A stretch of DNA of 27,887 bases from a virus (lineage: Duplodnaviria; Caudoviricetes): the IMG/VR virus record IMGVR_UViG_3300017903_000590, positions 1-27,887 of that record; one strand, 5' to 3'. Positions 1 to 9,437 of this stretch are shown here, one piece after another. The notes beneath the pieces were generated by a model. It saw nothing but the letters and a program-made list of their open reading frames with translations, did no database searches and had not been told where the DNA came from. Positions within the stretch are counted from its first letter, which is position 1. Each line of letters starts with the position of its first letter. Made by a program: the position numbers and the translations under genes.

Positions 1-1647
1 ATACTCTTTTGTGTTGCTATACACTTTGCTATTAAGTTGATTTATCTTAACTTGTAAATCTACTTCATCTGTTTTTATTTCTACAATTTGTTTTGCATAA
101 GTAATCAATTCGTTTGGTGTTGGTTTTCTTGTACCACCTTGACCATCATCAATATCTGATCTCATATAGTCATAAAGTTCTAATGACTTCTTTCTATATT
201 GTTCGTAAGCTAAAGTTTTCTCTTCACTATCACCTATAGATATTCTTGTATCTTCATATGCTAATTCTTTTTTAAGAATGTCATCTGCATCTGTAAATGC
301 CTTTGATGTTCTTTTATCAATAGCAAGTTTAAAATAACTTCTTTGTTTTGCAGTAATCTGTCTTTTACCATATGCTTCATCAACATCTGCAAATGTTAAA
401 TCACCAAACAATAGTGATACTTCTAAACTGTCATATGCTGCACTATCAGTAAAAGTATTGTCATCATCTTTAGCTGTATTAAAATCTTTTAGTAACTCCA
501 GGTAAGCTGTCTTATCAGTATTTTTCATTTCATCTAATGCAGCTTTAGCAGCTAGGAAATCTCCTTCTTCTTTCGCTTCATGATAATTAATTCTAATATT
601 TTTAATAGCACCACTAGCATCTAATACTCTTGCCTTTTCTTTATCTTCTATTTGTTGTCTTACACCCGTTGCCCAGGCATCAATCTTATCTAAGTATGCC
701 TCTTGCTCATTCTCTGGCAAACTGTTGTAAATATTTTGTAGTTGTGTGTTACCACCAAAGGTTCCGTTCTCTGCTTCGTCTACCATCTCCATAGCCTGGG
801 TAGCAGTTTCTTCAATACCTGGTGTATCATAGTAAGTAGTTAAAACATTTTGTTTTTGTTTTATAACTTCTGCATCATAGTCTTTACTCCATTGATCTAA
901 GTTTTTGTATCCTTGGAGAATTAACTCGTTTTTAATTCTTTCTTTTTTCTGTGCTAAGTGTTGGTCAATAGTAAGTGTTACTTCTTGGTCATTAATATCA
1001 TCTGCAATTTTTATTGTATCCATATATGCATTAACTTCTTTAGCTACACTATCAATAGAAGTTTGTGCGTAGTCATCTACTACAGCAGTCTTAATATCTT
1101 TTGCTTTCTTAATAGTGTCACTTAAATAACTATTGTAAGAAGTGTGAGCCATTGTAGCTAACTTAGCTTTTACTGTTACAGCTCCTTCAGCATCAATCTC
1201 TAAGAATGATTGTGTGTAACCATCAACAATAGAATTTAATCTGTTTTCAAATTCATCTGCTGACATATCATAAGTTACAGCTTCTTGTTCCAAGGCAGCA
1301 ATATCTTTAGAGGCTGCCATAGAAATATCAGTAGCCATAAAATTAATCTGTGCGTTTCTTAAAACTTGTTTATATTTGTTAGTACCTTTAGGTAATAGCT
1401 TTGATCTTTCTACAGGATCTGCATTTAAATATTCACTAGCACTTAATGGATTGGATGCTGCATATTCGTATGCTGCAATTTCACTTTCGGTCTCAACTTT
1501 ACCTAATGCAAATCGTAAAGTTCTATCAATGTTAGCAGCCAGGTTAGAAAAACTTTGTGCCTGTTGTTGTTGCTCAACACCAGTCGAAGTTCCACTTAAT
1601 GGAAAGTATTGTACATTCAATCCTCTAAATACTTGTCTCTTAGCCAT
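1..1647 (-). CDS. Internal virion (ejection) protein, 3'-truncated by the window edge
   Basis: Not in the ORF track because it lacks a stop. ATG at 1647 overlaps the upstream TAA (TAATG); reads MAKRQVFRGLNVQYFPLSG... and the frame appears open to position 1. Helical composition and position after nozzle and gp14-like genes. Confidence 0.8.
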   Translation of the reverse strand, partial: MAKRQVFRGLNVQYFPLSGTSTGVEQQQQAQSFSNLAANIDRTLRFALGKVETESEIAAYEYAASNPLSASEYLNADPVERSKLLPKGTNKYKQVLRNAQINFMATDISMAASKDIAALEQEAVTYDMSADEFENRLNSIVDGYTQSFLEIDAEGAVTVKAKLATMAHTSYNSYLSDTIKKAKDIKTAVVDDYAQTSIDSVAKEVNAYMDTIKIADDINDQEVTLTIDQHLAQKKERIKNELILQGYKNLDQWSKDYDAEVIKQKQNVLTTYYDTPGIEETATQAMEMVDEAENGTFGGNTQLQNIYNSLPENEQEAYLDKIDAWATGVRQQIEDKEKARVLDASGAIKNIRINYHEAKEEGDFLAAKAALDEMKNTDKTAYLELLKDFNTAKDDDNTFTDSAAYDSLEVSLLFGDLTFADVDEAYGKRQITAKQRSYFKLAIDKRTSKAFTDADDILKKELAYEDTRISIGDSEEKTLAYEQYRKKSLELYDYMRSDIDDGQGGTRKPTPNELITYAKQIVEIKTDEVDLQVKINQLNSKVYSNTKEY

Positions 1648-2108
1648 TATGTTTTTTCAAAACCTCCAGCAGTTCCTATTGTTGCTATGTCAGTACCAAA
1701 ACCAAATATAGCTCCCATAATTCCAGCTTGTTTAGCATTCTTACCAGCAGCTTTTAAATTAGTAAATTCTACTAATCCTAAATTTTGCATTAACTCCTGG
1801 TTAATCATAGAGATAGCAAATTCTTCTGAGCCAACTCTTAATGATGCAATCTGTGCTGTAGCAGCAGAACCTTCCATTGGCATAATTCCACTTGCAGCAG
1901 CTTTAGCTATCATAGTAGATAAATTATCATTAGTTGCTTTTATAACTTTGACACCTTGTTCTTTAGCTTCAATTCTTTTAGATTTATATTTTAATAGAGC
2001 CTCATCAGCTTTACTATCGTAGTAGGCCTTTTGAGCCATACCACTTTGATAAGTTGCGTATGATTTACCTACTGATGCTATTACAGCTACTATTGTCCAA
2101 GGGCTCAT
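1647..2108 (-). CDS. Small internal virion protein (T7 gp14-like position)
   Basis: 153 aa, Ala/Gly-rich with hydrophobic N- and C-terminal segments, directly after the nozzle gene. Confidence 0.7.
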   Translation of the reverse strand: MSPWTIVAVIASVGKSYATYQSGMAQKAYYDSKADEALLKYKSKRIEAKEQGVKVIKATNDNLSTMIAKAAASGIMPMEGSAATAQIASLRVGSEEFAISMINQELMQNLGLVEFTNLKAAGKNAKQAGIMGAIFGFGTDIATIGTAGGFEKT

Positions 2109-4069
2109 TGTCCTACACTCACTTTATATTCTATTCCCAATAATGTAAAAAATAGAGGTTGTGACTGGGAAAATGTCAACTGTCCTCTTCGATCATAACC
2201 TAATATTGGTTTTCTTCTTTTTAATCCTGTATAGAAATCACCAGCAGTAAAAGTAAAGTCATTACCATTTAATGTTAAATTTTGTGTTAAATACATATTT
2301 GCTGTTGCCTCTAATATTCTTTCCTGCTGTGCTAATACATTACCACTTGGTAATTTTAATTCTACCGGTAAAGTTTTAATCTCTGGTGTAAAGTCAATTC
2401 CTATTTCTACATAAGTTGTAGGAACACTATCTAAAGTAATTTGACCAGAGGAAACTGTTTTATTACTTTGCATAACATCATCAGCAATCACCTTAACTGT
2501 TTCACCTTCTAGATGACTAAGGCCTGTAACAGTTGTTGTACTGGGTTTTGATGCACCAAATAACAAAACATTACTATCTGTTGTATTGTCATCATTAAAT
2601 GCTTCAACATAATATTTAGTTGTACTGTTAATAGTTCTTTTAATTACAAAATAAATTGTGTCTACATCCACAGCAACATTTACAAAATCTCCATCAGTAG
2701 TAGATAGAGAAGGTGCGATAACATTTTGTCCTCTTAAAATAGAGTAAGTTGCTAAAGATCCATCGGTACTATTCACTAACAGAAGAAGGTCTCCATCATC
2801 AGTAGAAGTAGCTTTTCGCAGAGCCATGTCAGACGGAGACCGGAGCAAGTGAGAAGATAACAATGAAATATTATTAGAAATGTAAGATAACTCTACATCA
2901 GAAAATAAAAACTCTCTTAATGATTTACCAGCTCTTTGTATAAATAAAGTTCCACTCTCAGCACCAACTGGTTTAATACCTTCTTTAGATCCTCTTCTAG
3001 TTGCTGTACTTACAACTAGGTTGTTTGGTGTAATAGGATCTAGTGATGCCTGAGAAATAAAAAATTCACCACCTTTAGTAAAGATTTGTAAGTCTCTACC
3101 AGCAAACATTCCTGTTATAGCATTAACACTATCAGTAGCCAGGGTAGCTTCGATAGCATCATCGTCTAATGTTTCGCCAGGATTAAAATCAAAAAATCTT
3201 GCAACTCTAGATGCAAACAAAGTATTAGGTCTAGATTTAGAACCACCAAAATATAATCTGCCCTGGTGAAAGGTTACAGTTCTTGGCCATCCTTTTGATG
3301 AGCTCCAGGTATCTTCATAACCACTTTCTATAAACCATGATCCAGATGCAATAGCATCCGTATTAAAAAAAGGTATTTCAACAATAGCTTCAACTTCATT
3401 ACTAGCAACAAATCTTGTAATTCTTGCTCTACCTAATCCGTCATTAGCTTCTACATATTGACCAACATCAGCAGCAGCAAAAGATCCACCACCAGCACTA
3501 AGAGTAATGTTACCATCTACTTCACTAGGTGTTAAAGAATGACCACCCGATGTTGTGGTAAGTGTAAATGCATACTTAGGAATGTACTCAAAACTTATAT
3601 TAGATATTGTCCAGGAGCTATCACTTGCACCTCTAGTAATTTCTACTGGGTTCATATCTTCGTGTACTACAATTAATGTATCAGCAGATTGTGCGTAATC
3701 CATTGTTGGAATGTATGCACTTGCTATAGTTGTAGTTAAATAATCATTACCACTTCCATTTATATTTGTTACTAAGTCTTTATCTTTATAGACATACATT
3801 CTGTTGTTAACAAATAACAACATATAACTTTGTGTAGTCGAAAATTCAAAAGGTACTAATCGACATCCACTACTTGGATTAGCAGCAGAAGGAATTTCTG
3901 ATACATACTCTAGACCTGGTCTACGAATTGCACCACCTTGAGGTTGGATTAAAATATTACGAGCTTTGTCTAAACCATTATAGTATTGATTAATATCAAT
4001 CCTGGAGTTTAGTAACGGATCTACTTCTCCTGTAGTGAAGTTTGTTTGTATGCTTGTAGCTCTGCTCAT
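2105..4069 (-). CDS. Tail tubular protein B / nozzle (T7 gp12-like)
   Basis: 654 aa; N-terminal QTNFTTGE...P and PQGGAIRRPG motifs, RLVPFEFS, WPRTVTFHQGRLYFGG; beta-propeller-like sequence. Confidence 0.88.
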   Translation of the reverse strand: MSRATSIQTNFTTGEVDPLLNSRIDINQYYNGLDKARNILIQPQGGAIRRPGLEYVSEIPSAANPSSGCRLVPFEFSTTQSYMLLFVNNRMYVYKDKDLVTNINGSGNDYLTTTIASAYIPTMDYAQSADTLIVVHEDMNPVEITRGASDSSWTISNISFEYIPKYAFTLTTTSGGHSLTPSEVDGNITLSAGGGSFAAADVGQYVEANDGLGRARITRFVASNEVEAIVEIPFFNTDAIASGSWFIESGYEDTWSSSKGWPRTVTFHQGRLYFGGSKSRPNTLFASRVARFFDFNPGETLDDDAIEATLATDSVNAITGMFAGRDLQIFTKGGEFFISQASLDPITPNNLVVSTATRRGSKEGIKPVGAESGTLFIQRAGKSLREFLFSDVELSYISNNISLLSSHLLRSPSDMALRKATSTDDGDLLLLVNSTDGSLATYSILRGQNVIAPSLSTTDGDFVNVAVDVDTIYFVIKRTINSTTKYYVEAFNDDNTTDSNVLLFGASKPSTTTVTGLSHLEGETVKVIADDVMQSNKTVSSGQITLDSVPTTYVEIGIDFTPEIKTLPVELKLPSGNVLAQQERILEATANMYLTQNLTLNGNDFTFTAGDFYTGLKRRKPILGYDRRGQLTFSQSQPLFFTLLGIEYKVSVGQ

Positions 4070-4704
4070 TAGTTTCTAACATCTGTTAATGGGAAATCAA
4101 CTATTGCGTAGTTTGGTTTACCCCTTCCGTCAACATTGGTTGCTTGTCGAAAATACCCACCCCTTCCATTTTCGGCCTCTGTTCCCACAGCTACTTTTCT
4201 CCAATAATCAGATTTTGTAATTTGATCTGTTACTGGTTCAGCAAGATGCCAAGCCATCATATAAACAAGAAGCTGTACAAAATATGAGGGCATTAATCCT
4301 TCTGTAATAACACTAGAGATATAATCGACATAAATACTTTCTTCATTAGTAGCAATGGCTGGGCCAGATGATGTATATAAAATTTCGTAATTTTGCATTG
4401 GTAAAATGCTTGTAGCACTTGAGTTATAAACTTGTAATGGTGTAGATGAAATTGCAGTTGATGGCATAACATATTGATATGCCCATTCATTAATAGGTGT
4501 AGTAGAAGATCGTGCTAGTTGAGATTTAGTTAGAGCAAAGGACCAGGGATACAATGACAATGCCTGTCTTTTAACTGTGTCATAAATTTGATTACAAACA
4601 GTTGATGCATCGTTTGTTGTATCAGTAAATGATGAAATAGTTTCTGAACCAAGTAACACTAATGCCTGGTTACAGATTGAAACATTCGTATCTCCACTTG
4701 CCAT
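4069..4704 (-). CDS. Tail tubular protein A / adaptor (T7 gp11-like)
   Basis: 211 aa; ICNQALVLLG...I and YPWSFA motifs typical of this family; located between capsid and nozzle genes. Confidence 0.88.
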   Translation of the reverse strand: MASGDTNVSICNQALVLLGSETISSFTDTTNDASTVCNQIYDTVKRQALSLYPWSFALTKSQLARSSTTPINEWAYQYVMPSTAISSTPLQVYNSSATSILPMQNYEILYTSSGPAIATNEESIYVDYISSVITEGLMPSYFVQLLVYMMAWHLAEPVTDQITKSDYWRKVAVGTEAENGRGGYFRQATNVDGRGKPNYAIVDFPLTDVRN

Positions 4705-4721
4705 TCTAATCCTTTTCTATG

Positions 4722-4747
4722 GAGAAAGGGCCCGAAGGCCCCCTCTC
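4722..4747 (-). terminator. GC-rich UUCG hairpin, probable leaky terminator after the capsid genes
   Basis: Minus strand GAGAGGGGGCC-TTCG-GGCCCTTTCTC in the intergenic gap; position analogous to T7 Tphi; U-tract is weak. Confidence 0.75.
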
Positions 4748-4756
4748 GATTAGTTA

Positions 4757-5038
4757 TTAGTCTGCGTCTGCAACTGATAGAGCTGTTCCATCAGATACAT
4801 CAACAACACCACTTGCATTTGATAATACAATACAAAGTGTGCCTGTTGGTACAGAGCTATCCCATACATAGATTAAGTCACCAACTTTTAATACATCTGA
4901 TGCACTATTGAAGTACCCTTCTGTATTAATGTCAGCGATGGCATCTGTGCCAGGTGCTGTGTAACTCCACATTTGAGGAGCATTACCAGCTTTAGCTTGA
5001 CCACCGATTGGTTGTAAGTTGTCTTTTGAATAAGCCAT
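4757..5038 (-). CDS. Putative capsid decoration / minor head protein
   Basis: 93 aa, strong SD (AGGAGG), immediately after the major capsid gene and before the terminator; GYFN...LKVGDLI motif. Confidence 0.6.
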   Translation of the reverse strand: MAYSKDNLQPIGGQAKAGNAPQMWSYTAPGTDAIADINTEGYFNSASDVLKVGDLIYVWDSSVPTGTLCIVLSNASGVVDVSDGTALSVADAD

Positions 5039-5056
5039 AATTAATATCCTCCTCTA

Positions 5057-5908
5057 TTAGCTTTCGTCACAAGTTATTTTAACGATACCTTCGTCATCAA
5101 TAGCAACTGCACCAGCAGAGAACATTGAGTTCACTAAGAAAGAAGTTTTCTCTGGAACATAGTTGATCTCAGTTTTCTGGTTCATGTTTACAGCCATACC
5201 CATTGCTGATCTGTGGAACGCAAAACAAGTTCTGTCGTTAGTTGATAATGGTAGACCACCTTCGTCTCTGTCTCCGATTACATAAAATCTGAAACCTAGG
5301 AAAGTGTTGATCTCACCAGCAACAAGAGCTTTCACAGTTGCGAAGTCTCCAGAGATTGCTCTCTCATCACCTAATAAACCAGAAAGGTTATTAGCATGAA
5401 CAATAATGTGTCTGTCATCAAACGGAACATTATTTGCGTCAAGAGCTTTCTTAGCAGCAATTAACTTACCAACATTTAAGTTAGAAGCAGTTGCTGATCC
5501 AGATGTCACAACAGTTTTTGCAACAGTTGAAGGTGAAGAAGCTGCATCTAATCCATCAAGGATTAATTGATCCATTCTTCTACCGATTGCTTTTGATACT
5601 ACTTGAACTAACTCTTGTCTTTCATCAAAGTTTACTTTTGCTTGATGGAAGATGTCTGAGTATTCAGCAGCATTGTAGTCTGACATAGTCGCAGTCACTT
5701 GGCTGTATGTTACATTAAGTGGAGTAACATCAGTTTGTGGAATACGAGCTGTGGCAGATCCCTTACCAAGTTTTGGGAACTTGTAAGTGTTACCTTGTAC
5801 ACCTTGTCTTAGCCTTACACATCCAAGAATTGAACTTTCTCCCTGGTATGCTTGTTTTACCTCGGCATCAAAAAGTGTAACAAAGGCATTAGTTATTGAT
5901 TGTGCCAT
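5057..5908 (-). CDS. Major capsid protein
   Basis: 283 aa; FVTLFDAEVKQAYQ start, AIGRRMDQLI helix, G.INTFLGFRF motif; SD AAGGAG; follows the scaffold gene. Confidence 0.92.
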   Translation of the reverse strand: MAQSITNAFVTLFDAEVKQAYQGESSILGCVRLRQGVQGNTYKFPKLGKGSATARIPQTDVTPLNVTYSQVTATMSDYNAAEYSDIFHQAKVNFDERQELVQVVSKAIGRRMDQLILDGLDAASSPSTVAKTVVTSGSATASNLNVGKLIAAKKALDANNVPFDDRHIIVHANNLSGLLGDERAISGDFATVKALVAGEINTFLGFRFYVIGDRDEGGLPLSTNDRTCFAFHRSAMGMAVNMNQKTEINYVPEKTSFLVNSMFSAGAVAIDDEGIVKITCDES

Positions 5909-5949
5909 AGTATTTCTCCTTTATTAACACATTTATATTACTTAACTTG

Positions 5950-6032
5950 CAGTTGTCGGGTAAAAGCCCGGCTGACAAAATGGTGTCTTTGCTCACCAGC
6001 CAGAAGGCCATAAAAAAAATTTGGTTATCTTC
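5950..6032 (-). ncRNA. Structured 5' leader of the capsid mRNA (candidate cis-regulatory RNA)
   Basis: Three hairpins: GAAG-AUAA-CCA...UGG-C-CUUC; UGGUG...CACCA; CAG-C-CGGG...CCCG-ACAA-CUG. Confidence 0.65.
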
Positions 6033-6039
6033 GATGAGT

Positions 6040-6068
6040 AGGATAATCGAAAATTAAAAAATTAGCAA
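6040..6068 (-). promoter_or_regulatory. Sigma70-like promoter for the capsid operon
   Basis: TTGCTA (6068-6063), 17 nt spacer, TATCCT (6045-6040); predicted start near 6032-6035. Confidence 0.55.
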
Positions 6069-6074
6069 GACTAA

Positions 6075-6881
6075 TTAATATTCGTTATTCACTTGCCCAG
6101 GGAATGCTCTAGCAAACTGTTCTTCTACTTTTCTACGGAAAGCTGGATCTGTTTTATATTTAGGATCTGCTACCATTTCATATAGTTCTTGTTTACTTAC
6201 TGAGCCATCAACATCAGTTGGAGCAGTAGGAATTGTTTGTTCACCATAATATTTTCTGATTTTATTTAGAGCATTAATACCATTCGCTGTAGCAGCAAAT
6301 ACTTTAAACTCTTCAAAGTCATCATCTGACCAAACACCTTTACTAACTAAACCTTTACCCCAATCACTAATACCTTTGATAATTTGATCTGCATTAGGAC
6401 CAAGAGCTTTTTGTTCTGCCTCCAGGTCAATACTTTCTTCGGCAGCTTGTTGTTGAGATAGTGTCTTAAATGTGGTTACTAACTTATCGAATGCAGCCTG
6501 GGTAGGTTTATTCTCTTTTGCCCAGTCTAAAAATTCTTTAGCTAGTTCATCCTCTTCAACATCTACATCTTCCATTACAGATAAATCATATTCAGCCGGA
6601 GCTTTATGTTTACCCATAGAGAATTGTTTTTGTAACTCTTTATAAGAATGATTTAAATCTTCTACCTTTACACCATTCTTTTCATCCCAGAATTTATCTT
6701 CCAGGTATTCTGGTTTTTCTAATACAGGAGCTGCTTCTTCTGTCTTAGCTTGTTCTACAGTCTTAGTATCTTCTTCTTTATGAGGAACATAAGTCTCTTC
6801 TGGATTAGGAGCCTCTTGTTCTTCTTGTGGATTGACATTATCCATTAGGCCTTCTGCCTGGTTAGTGTTTTCTTCACTCAT
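6075..6881 (-). CDS. Capsid assembly scaffolding protein
   Basis: 268 aa, very acidic N-terminus, KPEYLEDKFW motif, C-terminal DPKYKTDPAFRRKVE; located between portal and capsid genes. Confidence 0.85.
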   Translation of the reverse strand: MSEENTNQAEGLMDNVNPQEEQEAPNPEETYVPHKEEDTKTVEQAKTEEAAPVLEKPEYLEDKFWDEKNGVKVEDLNHSYKELQKQFSMGKHKAPAEYDLSVMEDVDVEEDELAKEFLDWAKENKPTQAAFDKLVTTFKTLSQQQAAEESIDLEAEQKALGPNADQIIKGISDWGKGLVSKGVWSDDDFEEFKVFAATANGINALNKIRKYYGEQTIPTAPTDVDGSVSKQELYEMVADPKYKTDPAFRRKVEEQFARAFPGQVNNEY

Positions 6882-7141
6882 TGTTTTGCCCTCTCTATGC
6901 GTTGTTGGATTTCTCTGATGATACTATTCTGCCCTTCTCTAGCATATCCATAGCTGTTATCACCACCAGGAACCCAGGTTGGTTGTTCTAGAGTTTTCTT
7001 AATTAAAAACTCTAATACTTTTTTTCCTTCTTCTGTTTCAAATGTTCTAGCAAATGCTTTATTAATTTCTACTTCAATATCTTTAGGTTCGTTCTTAGAC
7101 TTAACATCTAGGAACTCTATCCCATCCCATCCTTGCTTCAT
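6878..7141 (-). CDS. Bbp19-like phage head protein
   Basis: 87 aa; F.TEEGKKVLEFL...AREGQNSII motif; usual position after the portal gene. Confidence 0.7.
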   Translation of the reverse strand: MKQGWDGIEFLDVKSKNEPKDIEVEINKAFARTFETEEGKKVLEFLIKKTLEQPTWVPGGDNSYGYAREGQNSIIREIQQRIERAKQ

Positions 7142-8739
7142 GATCTAAGTTGCTCTTCTACTGCCTCTACTGGTTCTTGTGTTTGTGGTTGACTAGGTTG
7201 AGCTCCTGGAGCTGCACCTTGCATCATTGCCGATTGTGCTGACATCATCTGCATACTCTGTTGTATGATTGCTTCCTTCTCTTGTGGTGAAGTTCTTAGT
7301 TCACTAGGGATACCAAGTTTATCTCCAACAAAAGTTGCAATAGCATCTGGTTTTAATTCAGCAACACCACCAGGGCCAAGAGCATTAGCAATCTGAAAGA
7401 ATTGCATTACCTCATTTACCTCATCTAAGTTTTGTGCTTTTGCTAATGGGCTAACAGGAGTAACTTTAACCTGGAGCCCATTAACCTTCAAAGGGAGCTG
7501 GATCATTCCTTTTTGATCCATAATGAAGAGGGTTCTACGAATGATTGGAACCATTGTCTCAGTTATAAGTCTACCAAATGCAGCACCCATATTCTGAGCA
7601 AGTTCTTTCATTCTTTCTACAATCTCTGTAGCTGACCTCGCTGACATATTGTCTGGAGGTAAAGTATCATCAAGTAATTGTTTTTTAATATTCATTCTTA
7701 AATCATTAATAACAATTTGAGATACATTGAAATCTCCGGATCTTGGTAATGGAGCTAGTGATGCACCTTGTGGTCCACCATTTCTAGCAACAGGAATAAT
7801 TGATCCAGGTTGAATACGAATATTAGAAGGATTGATTACACCATCATCTGCTGCTGTATAAACACCAGCACAAGCTATTGATGCATTCTTTAATAGAAGT
7901 TCTAAAGTTTTGTTTAGAGTTTTAATATCTGGCAATGCAGTTACTAATGGACCTCTACCAAAAACTTCTCCAGGTATTTTCATATAACGAGAAACAATCC
8001 AAGGTGATTGATCCATTCTACGGAATACTAATTCCTCTTTAGATTTCTCATGTAATATATGGTAACAATAGTCACCTCTATCTAAATCATAAATAACAGC
8101 TTCAATAAGTTCTATTTGCTCTTGTGGTTTTTCATCTATTTGTCTTTGTAATGTAATAGGAATATTAGCATCTGGAAATTCTCTAGTAATAGTTTCAGCT
8201 CTTAATTTATATTTACGATAAACATTATCTACAGTTCCACTCGGTCCTTCTTCTAATGCAATTAGATATTGTGGTACTGGTGTAAACTTAATTGGATTTA
8301 AATCATCTCCTGGTTGGATTAACATTGCTGCTGTTCCCACAGAAAGATCGAGTAGAAATTCTCCTATAGCTAAATCAAAGTTGGATTGTCGGAGTACACT
8401 AAACATTTTATCAAGATATAAATCTAATGCTGACTGAACTTCTGCTCGTCTTTCTTTTGGGATTTCATTACCAGGTTCAAGTCTGCACCATTTTTTGTAA
8501 GGAGGAAATAATCCGGATTGTATCCGGTTGGCAAATCGTTGAACGGAATGAACTGCTGTACTGTCGAAGATCATGTTCATTTTATTTTGACCAGGAACAT
8601 TACCTTCGTAGTAACCTTCATATAAATTTCTTTGTGGGAGAGCATAACGATAACAATCTTCGTAGATAGTTCTCCATAACTCTTTTCGGGTAAATGCTTT
8701 CCCGGATCTATCTAATACTTGTTCTGGTTTTAAATGCAT
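7138..8739 (-). CDS. Portal (head-to-tail connector) protein
   Basis: 533 aa; FDSTA, GEVFGRGP...ALPDIKTLN, SATEI.ER and SPLAKAQ motifs of the T7 gp8/Bbp21 family. Confidence 0.95.
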   Translation of the reverse strand: MHLKPEQVLDRSGKAFTRKELWRTIYEDCYRYALPQRNLYEGYYEGNVPGQNKMNMIFDSTAVHSVQRFANRIQSGLFPPYKKWCRLEPGNEIPKERRAEVQSALDLYLDKMFSVLRQSNFDLAIGEFLLDLSVGTAAMLIQPGDDLNPIKFTPVPQYLIALEEGPSGTVDNVYRKYKLRAETITREFPDANIPITLQRQIDEKPQEQIELIEAVIYDLDRGDYCYHILHEKSKEELVFRRMDQSPWIVSRYMKIPGEVFGRGPLVTALPDIKTLNKTLELLLKNASIACAGVYTAADDGVINPSNIRIQPGSIIPVARNGGPQGASLAPLPRSGDFNVSQIVINDLRMNIKKQLLDDTLPPDNMSARSATEIVERMKELAQNMGAAFGRLITETMVPIIRRTLFIMDQKGMIQLPLKVNGLQVKVTPVSPLAKAQNLDEVNEVMQFFQIANALGPGGVAELKPDAIATFVGDKLGIPSELRTSPQEKEAIIQQSMQMMSAQSAMMQGAAPGAQPSQPQTQEPVEAVEEQLRS

Positions 8740-9011
8740 TATGCTTTTCCTTTATTGTTTGCAGCAAACTTAGCTGCTGCTTCTTTAGATGCAAACCCCC
8801 ATTTTTTTAATGCAAGTTTTAATCTTGTTGGTTTACCATCTTTCATTAGTGGCCCCTTCATACCAGAAAATCTAGCAGCAAAGGAAACCCTTCTGCCATC
8901 CGTACCAGAGCTCTGTGGTCTTTTTAAATTACTACCTTCTGTTCTTTTGTAGTAATCTCTACCAGCTTGGTTTAATCCACCACTTTTATTCTGATACTTC
9001 TTAGCTACCAT
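8739..9011 (-). CDS. Small basic phage protein (DUF6321-like)
   Basis: True start is probably MVAKKYQ at 9011 (TAATG coupling); GGLN.AGR...RRVSFAARFSGM...ALKKWG motif; 90 aa. Confidence 0.75.
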   Translation of the reverse strand: MVAKKYQNKSGGLNQAGRDYYKRTEGSNLKRPQSSGTDGRRVSFAARFSGMKGPLMKDGKPTRLKLALKKWGFASKEAAAKFAANNKGKA

Positions 9012-9121
9012 TAAAAAATCGCAGCTCCTAACGCAAAAGATACAACAGCTACAATGATACAAGTTTTATGCAACATAGCTCGTCTCTTCCACTCTCTAGG
9101 AGTATGTCCAAAAATTAACAT
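9011..9121 (-). CDS. 36-aa membrane microprotein (not in ORF track)
   Basis: MLIFGHTPREWKRRAMLHKTCIIVAVVSFALGAAIF; TAATG-coupled at both ends; C-terminal transmembrane helix. Confidence 0.75.
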   Translation of the reverse strand: MLIFGHTPREWKRRAMLHKTCIIVAVVSFALGAAIF

Positions 9122-9246
9122 TATGATTTTTCCTTTTTCTTTTTAGCAGCAGCAATAACATCGCCCCTGGTTATCTTTTTCTTATCACCATACATCGCAG
9201 CTAGTTTCTTTTTAGCTGGAGATTTTTTCATTTTCATTTTGTACAT
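9121..9246 (-). CDS. 41-aa Lys-rich microprotein (not in ORF track)
   Basis: MYKMKMKKSPAKKKLAAMYGDKKKITRGDVIAAAKKKKEKS; TAATG-coupled at both ends. Confidence 0.8.
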   Translation of the reverse strand: MYKMKMKKSPAKKKLAAMYGDKKKITRGDVIAAAKKKKEKS

Positions 9247-9437
9247 TAGACTAATCCTTCCCTTCTTTTTTTCTTCTTAGGAAACCCAGCTTTCATATTT
9301 GCATAGGCCTCATCAGAAATTGTTGATTTAGATTTTGGTTTTGAAGTACCCTCTTTTTTTTTCTTATTGATATAATAATACAAACCCTTCTTAGCCATCT
9401 TGCCAGATTTAGTTTTGTGGTATCCTTCTTTAGCCAT
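9246..9437 (-). CDS. 63-aa Lys-rich protein
   Basis: Probable start MAKEGYHKTKSGK at 9437 behind a GGGAG SD; GLYYYINKKKK motif. Confidence 0.75.
   Translation of the reverse strand: MAKEGYHKTKSGKMAKKGLYYYINKKKKEGTSKPKSKSTISDEAYANMKAGFPKKKKRREGLV

Noticed and set aside
1376-2022. Plus-strand ORFs 1376-1711 and 1609-2022, and similar antisense ORFs at 5491, 8427, 8734, 9732, 13401, 13800, 14388, 14847, 16075, 17034, 17818, 20693, 22667, 25715, 25968 and 26855
   Set aside because: They are shadows of well-supported genes on the opposite strand, with no recognisable motifs.
5039-5075. T7 10A/10B-style frameshift or readthrough fusing capsid to the next gene
   Set aside because: Tandem stops (TAA TAG), no slippery heptamer seen, and the next gene has its own strong AGGAGG SD.
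9012-9062. Cys-rich N-terminal extension MYHCSCCIFC of ORF 8739-9062
   Set aside because: It overlaps the coupled 36-aa ORF in another frame; the TAATG junction points to a start at 9011.
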